A stretch of DNA of 32,000 bases from an uncultured bacterium (GCA_963704705.1 OY969931.1:750001-782000); one strand, 5' to 3'. Positions 16,921 through 27,683 are shown, counted from the first letter of the stretch. Notes: generated by a model from the letters alone, not told the origin. Program-made: numbers and translations.

Positions 16921-17265
16921 ATGAATCCGTTAGATAATTTTAAATATGAACATGTTGATGAAGAAAACTTAATACCTCAAGGTTGGTATAAGGTTTTTGT
17001 TTCATTTACGGACAGATCAGGTAAAAACGTAGAGTTACAATTAGATAATATTAAAATTGATGAAGGAGAAACAATAGATAAACTTCAAAAACAAGCAAAA
17101 TCTGAAGCAAGTTCAGCTGGTTTACATAATTTTGGTATGGATGTTTATTATAAAAGATTTCCAAATGGTCATCCTGTAAAATTTCGATTAGAACATGAAA
17201 AAACAGAGCAAACATTTAAATTTACTGAGTTTTATGATGCAAATGGTTATCCTGTAAATAAATAA
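16921..17265 (+). CDS. Hypothetical soluble protein, third gene of the PrgI-like operon
   Basis: 114-aa ORF, 8 nt after the preceding gene, with no recognisable motif. The stop lies 5 nt from the 3' end of the convergent 5S rRNA. Confidence 0.5.
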   Translation: MNPLDNFKYEHVDEENLIPQGWYKVFVSFTDRSGKNVELQLDNIKIDEGETIDKLQKQAKSEASSAGLHNFGMDVYYKRFPNGHPVKFRLEHEKTEQTFKFTEFYDANGYPVNK

Positions 17266-17270
17266 AAACC

Positions 17271-17394
<124 letters not shown>

Positions 17395-17444
17395 AGCTTT
17401 TAATTATAAAGGAGCAAATGTAATATTTGTCCGATTGTTATTCG

Positions 17445-17547
17445 TACAAATTGCTAGTCATTACGACCTAAACAAGTATCGATACCTAGTCTCTTACAAG
17501 CATGCGACTAAGTATCAACACCTGAATTAGGTCGAAAGTAAGTTCAA
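17445..17547 (-). other. 23S 3' trailer: 3' arm of the precursor processing helix, with an inserted branch hairpin
   Basis: 17445-17461 is the perfect reverse complement of 20577-20593 (17 bp). 17536-17547 is the perfect reverse complement of 20565-20576 (12 bp). Between them, 17464-17470 (CGACCTA) pairs with 17528-17534 (TAGGTCG). Confidence 0.7.
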
Positions 17548-20562
<3,015 letters not shown>

Positions 20563-20564
20563 GG

Positions 20565-20610
20565 TTGAACTTACTTATGACTAGCAATTTGTATTAATAA
20601 CAAATTGCTA
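20565..20610 (-). other. 23S 5' leader: 5' arm of the processing helix, overlapping a local 11-bp hairpin
   Basis: 20565-20593 pairs with the 3' trailer (see 17445-17547). 20582-20592 (TAGCAATTTGT) and 20600-20610 (ACAAATTGCTA) form a perfect 11-bp stem with a 7-nt loop. Confidence 0.7.
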
Positions 20611-20673
20611 ATTCTTTTAAAATTAAAAGTTAAATTGCATTTTTACATTTACTCCTATTTATCAAGGATCAAA

Positions 20674-20707
20674 TAAAAAAAAGTGTGTATCTATATGTGT
20701 ACACACT
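20674..20707 (-). terminator. Rho-independent terminator between the Cys-rich gene and the 23S
   Basis: On the minus strand: AGTGTGTA, 10-nt loop, TACACACT (20707-20682), followed by T7-A-TTT (20681-20671). Confidence 0.6.
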
Positions 20708-20865
20708 CCTTCGTCTTAAAACTTGCGTAACGTTTTTTACGTTTTAAAATAAAAGGGTATGTACGGGGTTTTTGGCATAAAATAGGTAAAAACTCACTTT
20801 AAGCTCTAGGATTATATAGAATCATAATATTCAAGTCAAGCTTTTTTTGCTTTTATTTATACGAA

Positions 20866-21126
20866 TTAATTGCCACATCCCGAGCATCCGCTCAAGTTCG
20901 CATTTCCGTCATTATCAACTCCACAACTTGCGACTTCACAACCAGCGCAATTACACGCAGCCTTATCACATCCAAGCATAATTCCGGAAGCAAGGAGAAC
21001 TGCCGCTATCAGACCTTTTTTCTTTGCTAAAAAAGAAAGAATTTTAGAACCCCCTTCTTTTTGTTCGGGATTACCAGCGGGTTCAACAGAAGAAATTGAC
21101 TCTAATTGATTTAGTTTATCTGACAT
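20866..21126 (-). CDS. Small cysteine-rich putative lipoprotein or lipopeptide (8 Cys in the last 33 residues)
   Basis: 86 aa. A hydrophobic segment LIAAVLLASGIMLGC ends in a lipobox-like LGC. The tail is CDKAACNCAGCEVASCGVDNDGNANLSGCSGCGN. It has its own promoter (21158-21185) and terminator (20674-20707). Confidence 0.6.
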   Translation of the reverse strand: MSDKLNQLESISSVEPAGNPEQKEGGSKILSFLAKKKGLIAAVLLASGIMLGCDKAACNCAGCEVASCGVDNDGNANLSGCSGCGN

Positions 21127-21157
21127 GTTTAAAAAGTTTAATAATTATTAAGACGTA

Positions 21158-21185
21158 ATTTTAGCATGTTTTATAAACTTGTCAA
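21158..21185 (-). promoter_or_regulatory. Strong promoter of the Cys-rich gene
   Basis: On the minus strand: TTGACA (21185-21180), 16-nt spacer, TGcTAAAAT (21166-21158). Confidence 0.6.
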
Positions 21186-21188
21186 TCT

Positions 21189-21440
21189 TTATTCAGGTGG
21201 CATGAAAAATATAGGACCAAATACAGTTCTCATAAATGTCTGCAAAGTATCGGTTATATATAATAAGGTAATAATAAAGGTCGCAACACCTAATAATAAT
21301 ATTAAAGTATGAGTTCCGCCCATGCCGAGATATTTCTCTGCAAAACCAATACTTCCGGTAAAGTCTTTTATTTTGGCTCTGTAAATAATAATTAAAAAAG
21401 ATAAAGGGAATCCGAATAATCCAAACAAAAATTTATCCAT
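21189..21440 (-). CDS. Small 2-TM membrane protein, hypothetical
   Basis: 83 aa with two hydrophobic helices (FLFGLFGFPLSFLIIIY and THTLILLLGVATFIITLLYI). An extended -10, TGgTAAAAT, lies on the minus strand at 21476-21468. Confidence 0.55.
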   Translation of the reverse strand: MDKFLFGLFGFPLSFLIIIYRAKIKDFTGSIGFAEKYLGMGGTHTLILLLGVATFIITLLYITDTLQTFMRTVFGPIFFMPPE

Positions 21441-21498
21441 TGTGGCATAGTTATTTATTCTTAAACTATTTTACCACAATGGATAAGATTTAGAAGTA

Positions 21499-21969
21499 TT
21501 ATTGAAGAGATTGTGCTTTATCTGCAAGTCTTGTACCGTTTGAACCTTTTTCGCGAACATCAGAAATCGCTTTTCTGCATGAATTTGCTTTATCTGCATT
21601 GTCTTTTCTTTCAGCAGTATCTAATGCAGATCTAAGTCTTGCTTCTACTTCGAAAGATTTATTATTTAGAATTTTGCAAGCATCATATGCGTCTCTAAAT
21701 AAAACATCTTCGCTGTCTCCGTCGTCTCTTCTTTCCATACGTTTAACTCTTTGTTTACAGGTCTTTTCCAGTTTTATGAGCATTTCTTTGTCAGCTTTTC
21801 CTTGCTGACCAGCGCATTTTTTATAATCACTTGAACAAGCAATTACACCAGGTATTACCGAAGCTATTAAAGCAATTGTTGCCATTTTTAATCTGGCCAT
21901 GCCGGAACTATGATTTTTATTAGCTTCAACCCCAATTCGAGGTCTGCCTTGTTTTTCTAAATTTTCCAT
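21499..21969 (-). CDS. Putative helical lipoprotein. The start may be the internal ATG at 21900.
   Basis: MARLKMATIALIASVIPGVIAC is a signal peptide with a VIAC lipobox. The mature part is charged, predicted helical, and has 4 additional Cys. The 23 residues before MARLK may not be translated. Confidence 0.6.
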   Translation of the reverse strand: MENLEKQGRPRIGVEANKNHSSGMARLKMATIALIASVIPGVIACSSDYKKCAGQQGKADKEMLIKLEKTCKQRVKRMERRDDGDSEDVLFRDAYDACKILNNKSFEVEARLRSALDTAERKDNADKANSCRKAISDVREKGSNGTRLADKAQSLQ

Positions 21970-22061
21970 AATTATTTGGTTAATTTTAAATTAGGTTATA
22001 TTTTGCTATATTTTTATATATTTGTCAAGGTTAAAGTAATACATTTAAATAAATATTTTTC

Positions 22062-22090
22062 TTGCACGTTTTTTAAAAAATAAGTATGTT
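22062..22090 (+). promoter_or_regulatory. Candidate proximal promoter of the ABC exporter operon
   Basis: TTGCAC (22062-22067), 17-nt spacer, TATGTT (22085-22090). A distal candidate is TTGTCA (22022-22027), 17-nt spacer, TTAAAT (22045-22050). Confidence 0.4.
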
Positions 22091-22114
22091 AAATAGGGTT
22101 TGATTAAAAAGGTT

Positions 22115-23998
22115 ATGGAAACAATCAAAAAAGGCTTTTTTAAGCGCAAATGGATAAAATGGTTATTGATTGCTATTGCAGCAATTATTATTGTCTACTT
22201 TGCTTTTTTCAATAAAAAAGCTGATCAATATGTATTAACTGAAGCGGTTATGGGCGATATTGTCCAAACAGTTTCAGTCACTGGTTCAATTAAAGCTGAA
22301 CCTTCTCTTGATATACATTTCAAAAAAACCGGAACAGTTAATGATATATATGTGAATGAAGGACAACATGTACTTAAGGGTGATCTTTTAGCATCTCTAG
22401 AAAACGATTCGCTTGCTCTTGAAGTTGAAAGAATGAGAGCAAATTACAATTACGCTGTTGCTCAATATAATCAGGTTAAAGCAGGCGCTAAATCAGAAGA
22501 AATTTTAATAGCAGAAGCTGATTTACAAAGTGCTGAAGCTCAGTTAAAGGCTGCAATAACTGAACAGGAAAACACAAAATCAATTGGAGATTCTAATATC
22601 GATATTGCAGAAATTGAATATGAAAAAGCTCAAAAAGATTATGACAATACCGTAAGTCTGGCTGAAAAAGAATTAGCAAAATTAGATTTAACAGGAGACA
22701 ACGCCCAATCTATAGCCCTTAAAAGCGCTTATACAAATGCTTTTTCTCAGTTGGACTCTTTATTTCCAAAAATGCAGGATGCAATACTTTCTGCAGAAAA
22801 TATACTTGGAGTTAGAGGTTCGGGTTATTATTACCTTTCTCAAACAACCAAAAATCAATTAATATTTTTATATCACGATCCTGCAGAAACTGCTCTTGAA
22901 GACTCGTTAAGTTTATATAACGCACTTGGACCGGATCCTGCAAATGAAGAATTATCAGCAGTTTTGGATAAAAGTCTGGAAGCAGCCGACTCAATTTTAT
23001 TACTTCTTTCGCAAACCAGTTCAACACTTGATGCATTAGCAATATCCAGATCTGATCGCGATGATCTAATTTTAGAACTTTCAAATCAGTCAACTACCTT
23101 ATCTCAAGCTTCACTGCAGCTTGAAGATACCAATTCAACAATTAAAACATTAACAACAGGAGCTCCTCAAGATATTGAAACCTTAAAATTATCTTATCAA
23201 TTACAAATAGATCAGGCTAAAAATTCTTTAAATCAGGCTAAAAATTCTTTGAATCAGGCTAAATTAAATGCAGAAATTGCAGATTCAAATTCTCAGGCAG
23301 CAGTTGCTCTTAAAAGTGCAACCGTTGATACTGCAAAAGCAACTTTAAGTTTAAAACAATCTCCGGTTAGACAGGTTGACCTCGCTCCCCTTTCAGCCCA
23401 GATATCACAAGCTGATATAGCCCTTAAGTTAGCACAGAATGCGTTGGATGAAAGCCAGCTTTATGCGCCAATCGATGGAATTATTACATTTATATATGGC
23501 AAAGTGGGAGAGAATATTGCTTTGACTGAAACTTCGCTTAAACCATTTTTAGCAATGCAGGCTGATAAGTTAATTGTTGAAGCAAATGTCCCTGAAACCG
23601 ATGTTGTAAAGATAGAACCTGGCGATAAAGTTGAAATGACTGTAGATGCGTTTGACTTCACGGAAAAACTTTATGGTGAAGTTATTTATATTGATCCTGC
23701 TGAAACCGTTATTCAAGGTGTTGTTTATTATCAAATTAAAACAGCATTCGACATTGAAGACCCAAGACTTAAATCAGGAATGACTACAAATTTAGATATT
23801 GTCACAGATAAAAAAGAAAATGTACTTACAATTCCAACAAGAGCAATTAAATATGAAGATACAACTAGATACGTTGAAATTCTTGTTAATGGTAAACCTA
23901 TAAAAGTCACAATACAAACCGGATTAGAAAGTGACCAAAATGTTGAAGTTACAGACGGCCTTAAAGCAGGAGACAAAATTATTACATTCGTAAAATAA
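22115..23998 (+). CDS. HlyD/MacA/YknX-family periplasmic adaptor (membrane fusion protein) with an unusually long coiled-coil
   Basis: N-terminal TM anchor. There are about 340 aa of Ala/Gln/Leu/Ser-rich heptad sequence. YAPIDGIITF is the HlyD-family lipoyl/beta-barrel motif. A beta-rich C-terminus follows. The preferred start is ATG at 22115; the track start at 22100 is a TTG. Confidence 0.8.
   Translation: METIKKGFFKRKWIKWLLIAIAAIIIVYFAFFNKKADQYVLTEAVMGDIVQTVSVTGSIKAEPSLDIHFKKTGTVNDIYVNEGQHVLKGDLLASLENDSLALEVERMRANYNYAVAQYNQVKAGAKSEEILIAEADLQSAEAQLKAAITEQENTKSIGDSNIDIAEIEYEKAQKDYDNTVSLAEKELAKLDLTGDNAQSIALKSAYTNAFSQLDSLFPKMQDAILSAENILGVRGSGYYYLSQTTKNQLIFLYHDPAETALEDSLSLYNALGPDPANEELSAVLDKSLEAADSILLLLSQTSSTLDALAISRSDRDDLILELSNQSTTLSQASLQLEDTNSTIKTLTTGAPQDIETLKLSYQLQIDQAKNSLNQAKNSLNQAKLNAEIADSNSQAAVALKSATVDTAKATLSLKQSPVRQVDLAPLSAQISQADIALKLAQNALDESQLYAPIDGIITFIYGKVGENIALTETSLKPFLAMQADKLIVEANVPETDVVKIEPGDKVEMTVDAFDFTEKLYGEVIYIDPAETVIQGVVYYQIKTAFDIEDPRLKSGMTTNLDIVTDKKENVLTIPTRAIKYEDTTRYVEILVNGKPIKVTIQTGLESDQNVEVTDGLKAGDKIITFVK
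23211..23263 (+). repeat. In-frame 21-bp tandem repeat (2.5 copies) inside the adaptor coiled-coil
   Basis: ATCAGGCTAAAAATTCTTTAA, then ATCAGGCTAAAAATTCTTTGA, then ATCAGGCTAAA. This encodes (NQAKNSL)x2 followed by NQAK. Confidence 0.9.
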
Positions 23999-24038
23999 CC
24001 GGACACGTAGCAAAGCGAAGTGTCTAAAATAATGAAAA

Positions 24039-24713
24039 ATGAAGAAGGAACCTTTATTATATACAAAAGGAATTAAAAAATCCTATGGTGACGGTGTGAA
24101 AACCGAAGTACTAAAAGGAATTGATATAGAAATTTTCGAAAACGAATTCCTTACTATAATGGGGCATTCCGGAAGCGGCAAATCTACACTCATGCATATA
24201 TTGGGATTTTTAGATGTGCCTGATGAAGGCAAATATATTTTTGAAGGAAAAGATACAACCAAATTCGATGACGATGAACTTGCTGAAATCAGAAATAAAA
24301 AAATAGGATTTGTTTTTCAGGCATTTAATCTTCTTCCCAGAACTTCCGCATTAGATAATGTAAGATTACCTATGTTATATGCCGGGGTTCCGGAAAAAGA
24401 ACAAATGGTTCGCGCAAAAAAAGCTTTGGAGTCAGTTGGGCTCGCACACAGGCTTGAGAACTTATCTAATGAGCTCTCAGGTGGTGAACAGCAAAGAGTT
24501 GCAGTTGCACGCGCACTAATAAATGAACCGCGTTTAATTCTTGCTGATGAACCAACCGGAAACTTAGATAGTAATTCAACCAAAGAAATGATGAAAGTGT
24601 TTGAAGATCTTCATGACAAAGGTCATACAATTGTTATTGTTACGCATGAAGATGACGTAGCTGCTCATGCCGAAAGAATAATTAGAATTCGAGATGGTGT
24701 TTGTGAAACCTGA
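24039..24713 (+). CDS. ABC transporter ATP-binding protein, MacB/LolD/FtsE-like (YknY-like)
   Basis: Walker A GHSGSGKST, signature LSGGEQQRVAVARAL, Walker B LILADEPTGNLD, H-loop VTHE. Confidence 0.9.
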   Translation: MKKEPLLYTKGIKKSYGDGVKTEVLKGIDIEIFENEFLTIMGHSGSGKSTLMHILGFLDVPDEGKYIFEGKDTTKFDDDELAEIRNKKIGFVFQAFNLLPRTSALDNVRLPMLYAGVPEKEQMVRAKKALESVGLAHRLENLSNELSGGEQQRVAVARALINEPRLILADEPTGNLDSNSTKEMMKVFEDLHDKGHTIVIVTHEDDVAAHAERIIRIRDGVCET

Positions 24714-24718
24714 TTACA

Positions 24719-25951
24719 ATGAATATAATACTAACAATTAAACTTGCCATTCGCGGACTTCTTGTGAATAAGATGCGTGCTTTTTTGACCTTACTCGGAA
24801 TCATTATTGGTGTAACAGGAATTATAGTTATTATCGCAGTAGGAAACGGTGCAGAATCATTAATCGTTAATCAGGTTAAATCAGTAGGTACAAATTTAAT
24901 TGGTATTTTGCCGGGTGGCAGCAGCAAAGATGAGCCGCCAGCTGCTTTGTTTGGAATCGTGATAACAACTTTAAAAGCTGAAGATATATTGGCCCTGCGC
25001 GATATTCCACATGTGGAAGCAGTTTCAGGATACAATCAGGATGTTGAAACTATTCTTTATGAAAACAAAAAAACTGAAAGTACTGTAAACGGAGTGTTTC
25101 CGGATTATCCAATTGTTGAGGATGGGGTAATTGAACAAGGTCGGTTTTTTAATGATTCTGAAGAAGCCTCTCTTACTAAAGTCGTTGTTTTAGGAAATGA
25201 AATTAAACAAACTCTTTTTGGAGATTCAAATCCAATCGGTGAAAGTATTAAAATTAGAAATAATTCATTTAAAGTAATAGGATATTTTCAAGAACGGGGA
25301 GTTTCGGGATTTAGCAATGTAGATAATGAGATTTATATTCCAAATAAAACAATGCAAAAATTAATACTTGGAGTTAATCATATAGCACTTGGCCGTGTAA
25401 AAGTTGATGATGCTGAAAATGTTCCTATTGTATCAGATGCAGTAGCTTATACTATTAGAGCAAGACACAAAATTGGCCCTGGTGAAGATGATGATTTCAC
25501 CATAGCCAGCCAGGCTCAGGGCCTTGAAACAATCAGCAATATTACCGGCAGTCTTAAATTATTTTTAACTGCAATTGCTGCTATTGCATTAATTGTTGGA
25601 GGAATTGGAATAATGAACGTTATGTATATTTCTGTTACAGAACGTACACATGAAATTGGTCTTCGAAAAGCGCTTGGCGCACAAAGAAAAGATATTTTAA
25701 ATCAGTTCTTAATTGAATCAGTAGCAATTACAAGTTTAGGCGGGGCAATAGGAATAGTGATAGGGATAATTATTTCGATTCTGGTTGCCCTTGTTATAAG
25801 GGCTCTTGGTTACTCATGGGATTTTATAGTTGATTTGGAATCAATTGTTTATGCAGTCGGCACAATTGCAGCAATTGGCATTACTTTCGGATATGCTCCT
25901 GCAAAAAGAGCTTCACAAATGCGTGCAATTGAAGCATTACGTTATGAATAA
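24719..25951 (+). CDS. ABC transporter permease, MacB-type (FtsX domain with large extracytoplasmic domain), paralogue 1
   Basis: 410 aa: TM1, an extracytoplasmic domain of about 230 aa, then 3 TM. It has the conserved GIGIMNVMYISVTERTHEIGLRKALGA block. Confidence 0.85.
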   Translation: MNIILTIKLAIRGLLVNKMRAFLTLLGIIIGVTGIIVIIAVGNGAESLIVNQVKSVGTNLIGILPGGSSKDEPPAALFGIVITTLKAEDILALRDIPHVEAVSGYNQDVETILYENKKTESTVNGVFPDYPIVEDGVIEQGRFFNDSEEASLTKVVVLGNEIKQTLFGDSNPIGESIKIRNNSFKVIGYFQERGVSGFSNVDNEIYIPNKTMQKLILGVNHIALGRVKVDDAENVPIVSDAVAYTIRARHKIGPGEDDDFTIASQAQGLETISNITGSLKLFLTAIAAIALIVGGIGIMNVMYISVTERTHEIGLRKALGAQRKDILNQFLIESVAITSLGGAIGIVIGIIISILVALVIRALGYSWDFIVDLESIVYAVGTIAAIGITFGYAPAKRASQMRAIEALRYE

Positions 25952-25953
25952 TT

Positions 25954-27216
25954 ATGACAAATAAATATGAATTAAAATTAGTCTTTGATCTTGCAAAACA
26001 AGGCCTTTCTACAAATATGGGCCGCACAATTTTAACGACTATAGGTATTATTATCGGAATTGCAACAATTGTTATAGTGCTTTCTGCTGGGCACGGACTT
26101 GAACGGTTTGTTATGGATCAAATAGAAAGTTTTGGAGCTGATACAGTTGAAATCGAAATAAAAATACCAAATGTATCTGACACAGAAATGGCAAGTGCTT
26201 TTGTTGGTGGCGCAGAAGTTACAACATTGAAATTAAGTGATTTTGAAGCTTTAAAAGATCTTCCAAATGTTGATAATTTTTATGCTGGTATTTTAGGGCA
26301 GTTTAAAAGTGTTTATAAAAATCAAACTAAAACTTCAATGATATTTGGAGTAAATTATGCGTTTCCTGAAATCGACAGAGACACCAAAATAGCTGAAGGA
26401 AGATTTTTTACTGACAGAGAAGATAAAAGCCAGGCAAGATTGGTTGTGCTAGGATATGCAATTAAAAATGAACTTTTTGGCAGTGAAAGCGCAGTTGGAA
26501 AAACCATAAAAATTAATCATGTAAGTTTTAAGGTAATAGGAGTTGCTCAGGAACGAGGCAGTGTATTTACCTTTAATTATGATAAAATGATTTATATGCC
26601 TCTTGAAACTGCTCAAAAGCAACTTTTGGGCATTGATCATGTTTTGTATGGATTTGTAAAGTTAGTAGATACAGATAGGTCTGAAGAAACAGTTGCTGAT
26701 ATTACGTCAATATTACGGCAACGTCACGGAATACCACCAAATGATCCGAACAAAGATGACTTTAGGGTAACCAGTATGAATGAAATGCAGCAAATAATAG
26801 GTGTAGTGACATTTGGCATGACTTTGCTAGTATTGGCTGTCGCAGGTATTTCGTTATTAGTTGGAGGTGTTGGAATTATGAATATTATGTATTTAACCGT
26901 AACCGAAAGAACGCGTGAAATTGGTTTAAGAAAAGCTATTGGAGCTAAAAATTCAATTATTAAAAATCAGTTTCTGGCTGAATCAATAATTATAACCGGA
27001 GTTGGTGGCCTGATCGGTATAATTATTGGGACTCTTATTACAATTGTTTTAGATATAGTTGCTAAACTTCAGGGTTATGATTTTGGCTTAACAGTAACAT
27101 TTGACGCTGTATTGGTTGGATTTGTGGCAGCAATTGTTTTTGGAATTTTATTTGGACTTTATCCGGCAAGAAAAGCAGCAGGCTTAAAACCAGTTGATGC
27201 GTTAAGATGGGAATAA
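25954..27216 (+). CDS. ABC transporter permease, MacB-type, paralogue 2
   Basis: 420 aa with the same architecture. GVGIMNIMYLTVTERTREIGLRKAIGA is clearly paralogous to the preceding gene. Confidence 0.85.
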   Translation: MTNKYELKLVFDLAKQGLSTNMGRTILTTIGIIIGIATIVIVLSAGHGLERFVMDQIESFGADTVEIEIKIPNVSDTEMASAFVGGAEVTTLKLSDFEALKDLPNVDNFYAGILGQFKSVYKNQTKTSMIFGVNYAFPEIDRDTKIAEGRFFTDREDKSQARLVVLGYAIKNELFGSESAVGKTIKINHVSFKVIGVAQERGSVFTFNYDKMIYMPLETAQKQLLGIDHVLYGFVKLVDTDRSEETVADITSILRQRHGIPPNDPNKDDFRVTSMNEMQQIIGVVTFGMTLLVLAVAGISLLVGGVGIMNIMYLTVTERTREIGLRKAIGAKNSIIKNQFLAESIIITGVGGLIGIIIGTLITIVLDIVAKLQGYDFGLTVTFDAVLVGFVAAIVFGILFGLYPARKAAGLKPVDALRWE

Positions 27217-27223
27217 AAAGGCC

Positions 27224-27241
27224 GCCCGTGCGATGACGGGC
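27224..27241. terminator. GC-rich hairpin between convergent genes
   Basis: GCCCGT (27224-27229), 6-nt loop, ACGGGC (27236-27241). There is no clear T-run on either side. Confidence 0.35.
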
Positions 27242-27266
27242 AGCCTGATTCGATACAGGTCACTCT

Positions 27267-27683
27267 CTACCAGGAAACAACGATCTTCCAGAACTCGTAC
27301 ATGGAACCTGCAGCCCCTTCCTGCCTGGGGTCACTGACGATCCTGGGACGAAGACCCATCTGGAGAAGATGCAGGTAGACCTTGTGTGCAACATGGCTTT
27401 TCACTGCTTCGAGCGGAACCTCGTCTTCGTACAAATCTCTGTTCCAGCCGGAACTGATCTGTTCGTTTGTGAGATTCATGACATCAAAGTATCGAATCCC
27501 CTGCTGTGCACGGATCTTCATCTTCTCGAAGATGTTCATGAGAATCTTTTTGATCTCAGTTTCCTCCTCCTGGACTTCCCATGAACGAGCCATCTTGCGT
27601 CTGGCCGCGGTTTGCTCCTTTCTGCTTAGTGAAGCATACTGCGCGGCAAGATCCTTCAGTTCTCTGAGTTTTTGGGTTGGCAT
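27267..27683 (-). CDS. Hypothetical protein on a short high-GC, probably horizontally acquired segment
   Basis: 138 aa with no recognisable motif. G+C is 37/60 (27301-27360) and 31/60 (27361-27420), against 20/60 in a typical neighbouring line (26101-26160). A canonical AGGAGG (27697-27692) lies 8 nt before the ATG. I saw no comparable site, a GGAGG core at 5-10 nt spacing, ahead of any other gene start in the window. Confidence 0.6.
   Translation of the reverse strand: MPTQKLRELKDLAAQYASLSRKEQTAARRKMARSWEVQEEETEIKKILMNIFEKMKIRAQQGIRYFDVMNLTNEQISSGWNRDLYEDEVPLEAVKSHVAHKVYLHLLQMGLRPRIVSDPRQEGAAGSMYEFWKIVVSW

Noticed and set aside
20870-21109. A plus-strand 79-aa ORF antisense to the Cys-rich gene.
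   Set aside because: It has no promoter or terminator context on the plus strand and its composition is Pro/Ser/Ala-rich junk. The minus-strand ORF has a signal-peptide-like segment, promoter and terminator.
20866-21126. The Cys-rich 86-aa ORF read as a RiPP or bacteriocin precursor. Options considered were a double-glycine leader (...EQKEGG or ...VEPAG) and SCIFF-like six-Cys peptides.
   Set aside because: The adjacent ABC system has no C39 peptidase domain. No radical-SAM, LanM/LanBC or other maturase is nearby. The leader does not fit the LSxxELxxIxGG consensus. A hydrophobic segment ending in LGC is explained more simply as a lipoprotein signal. It is kept only as a remote alternative.
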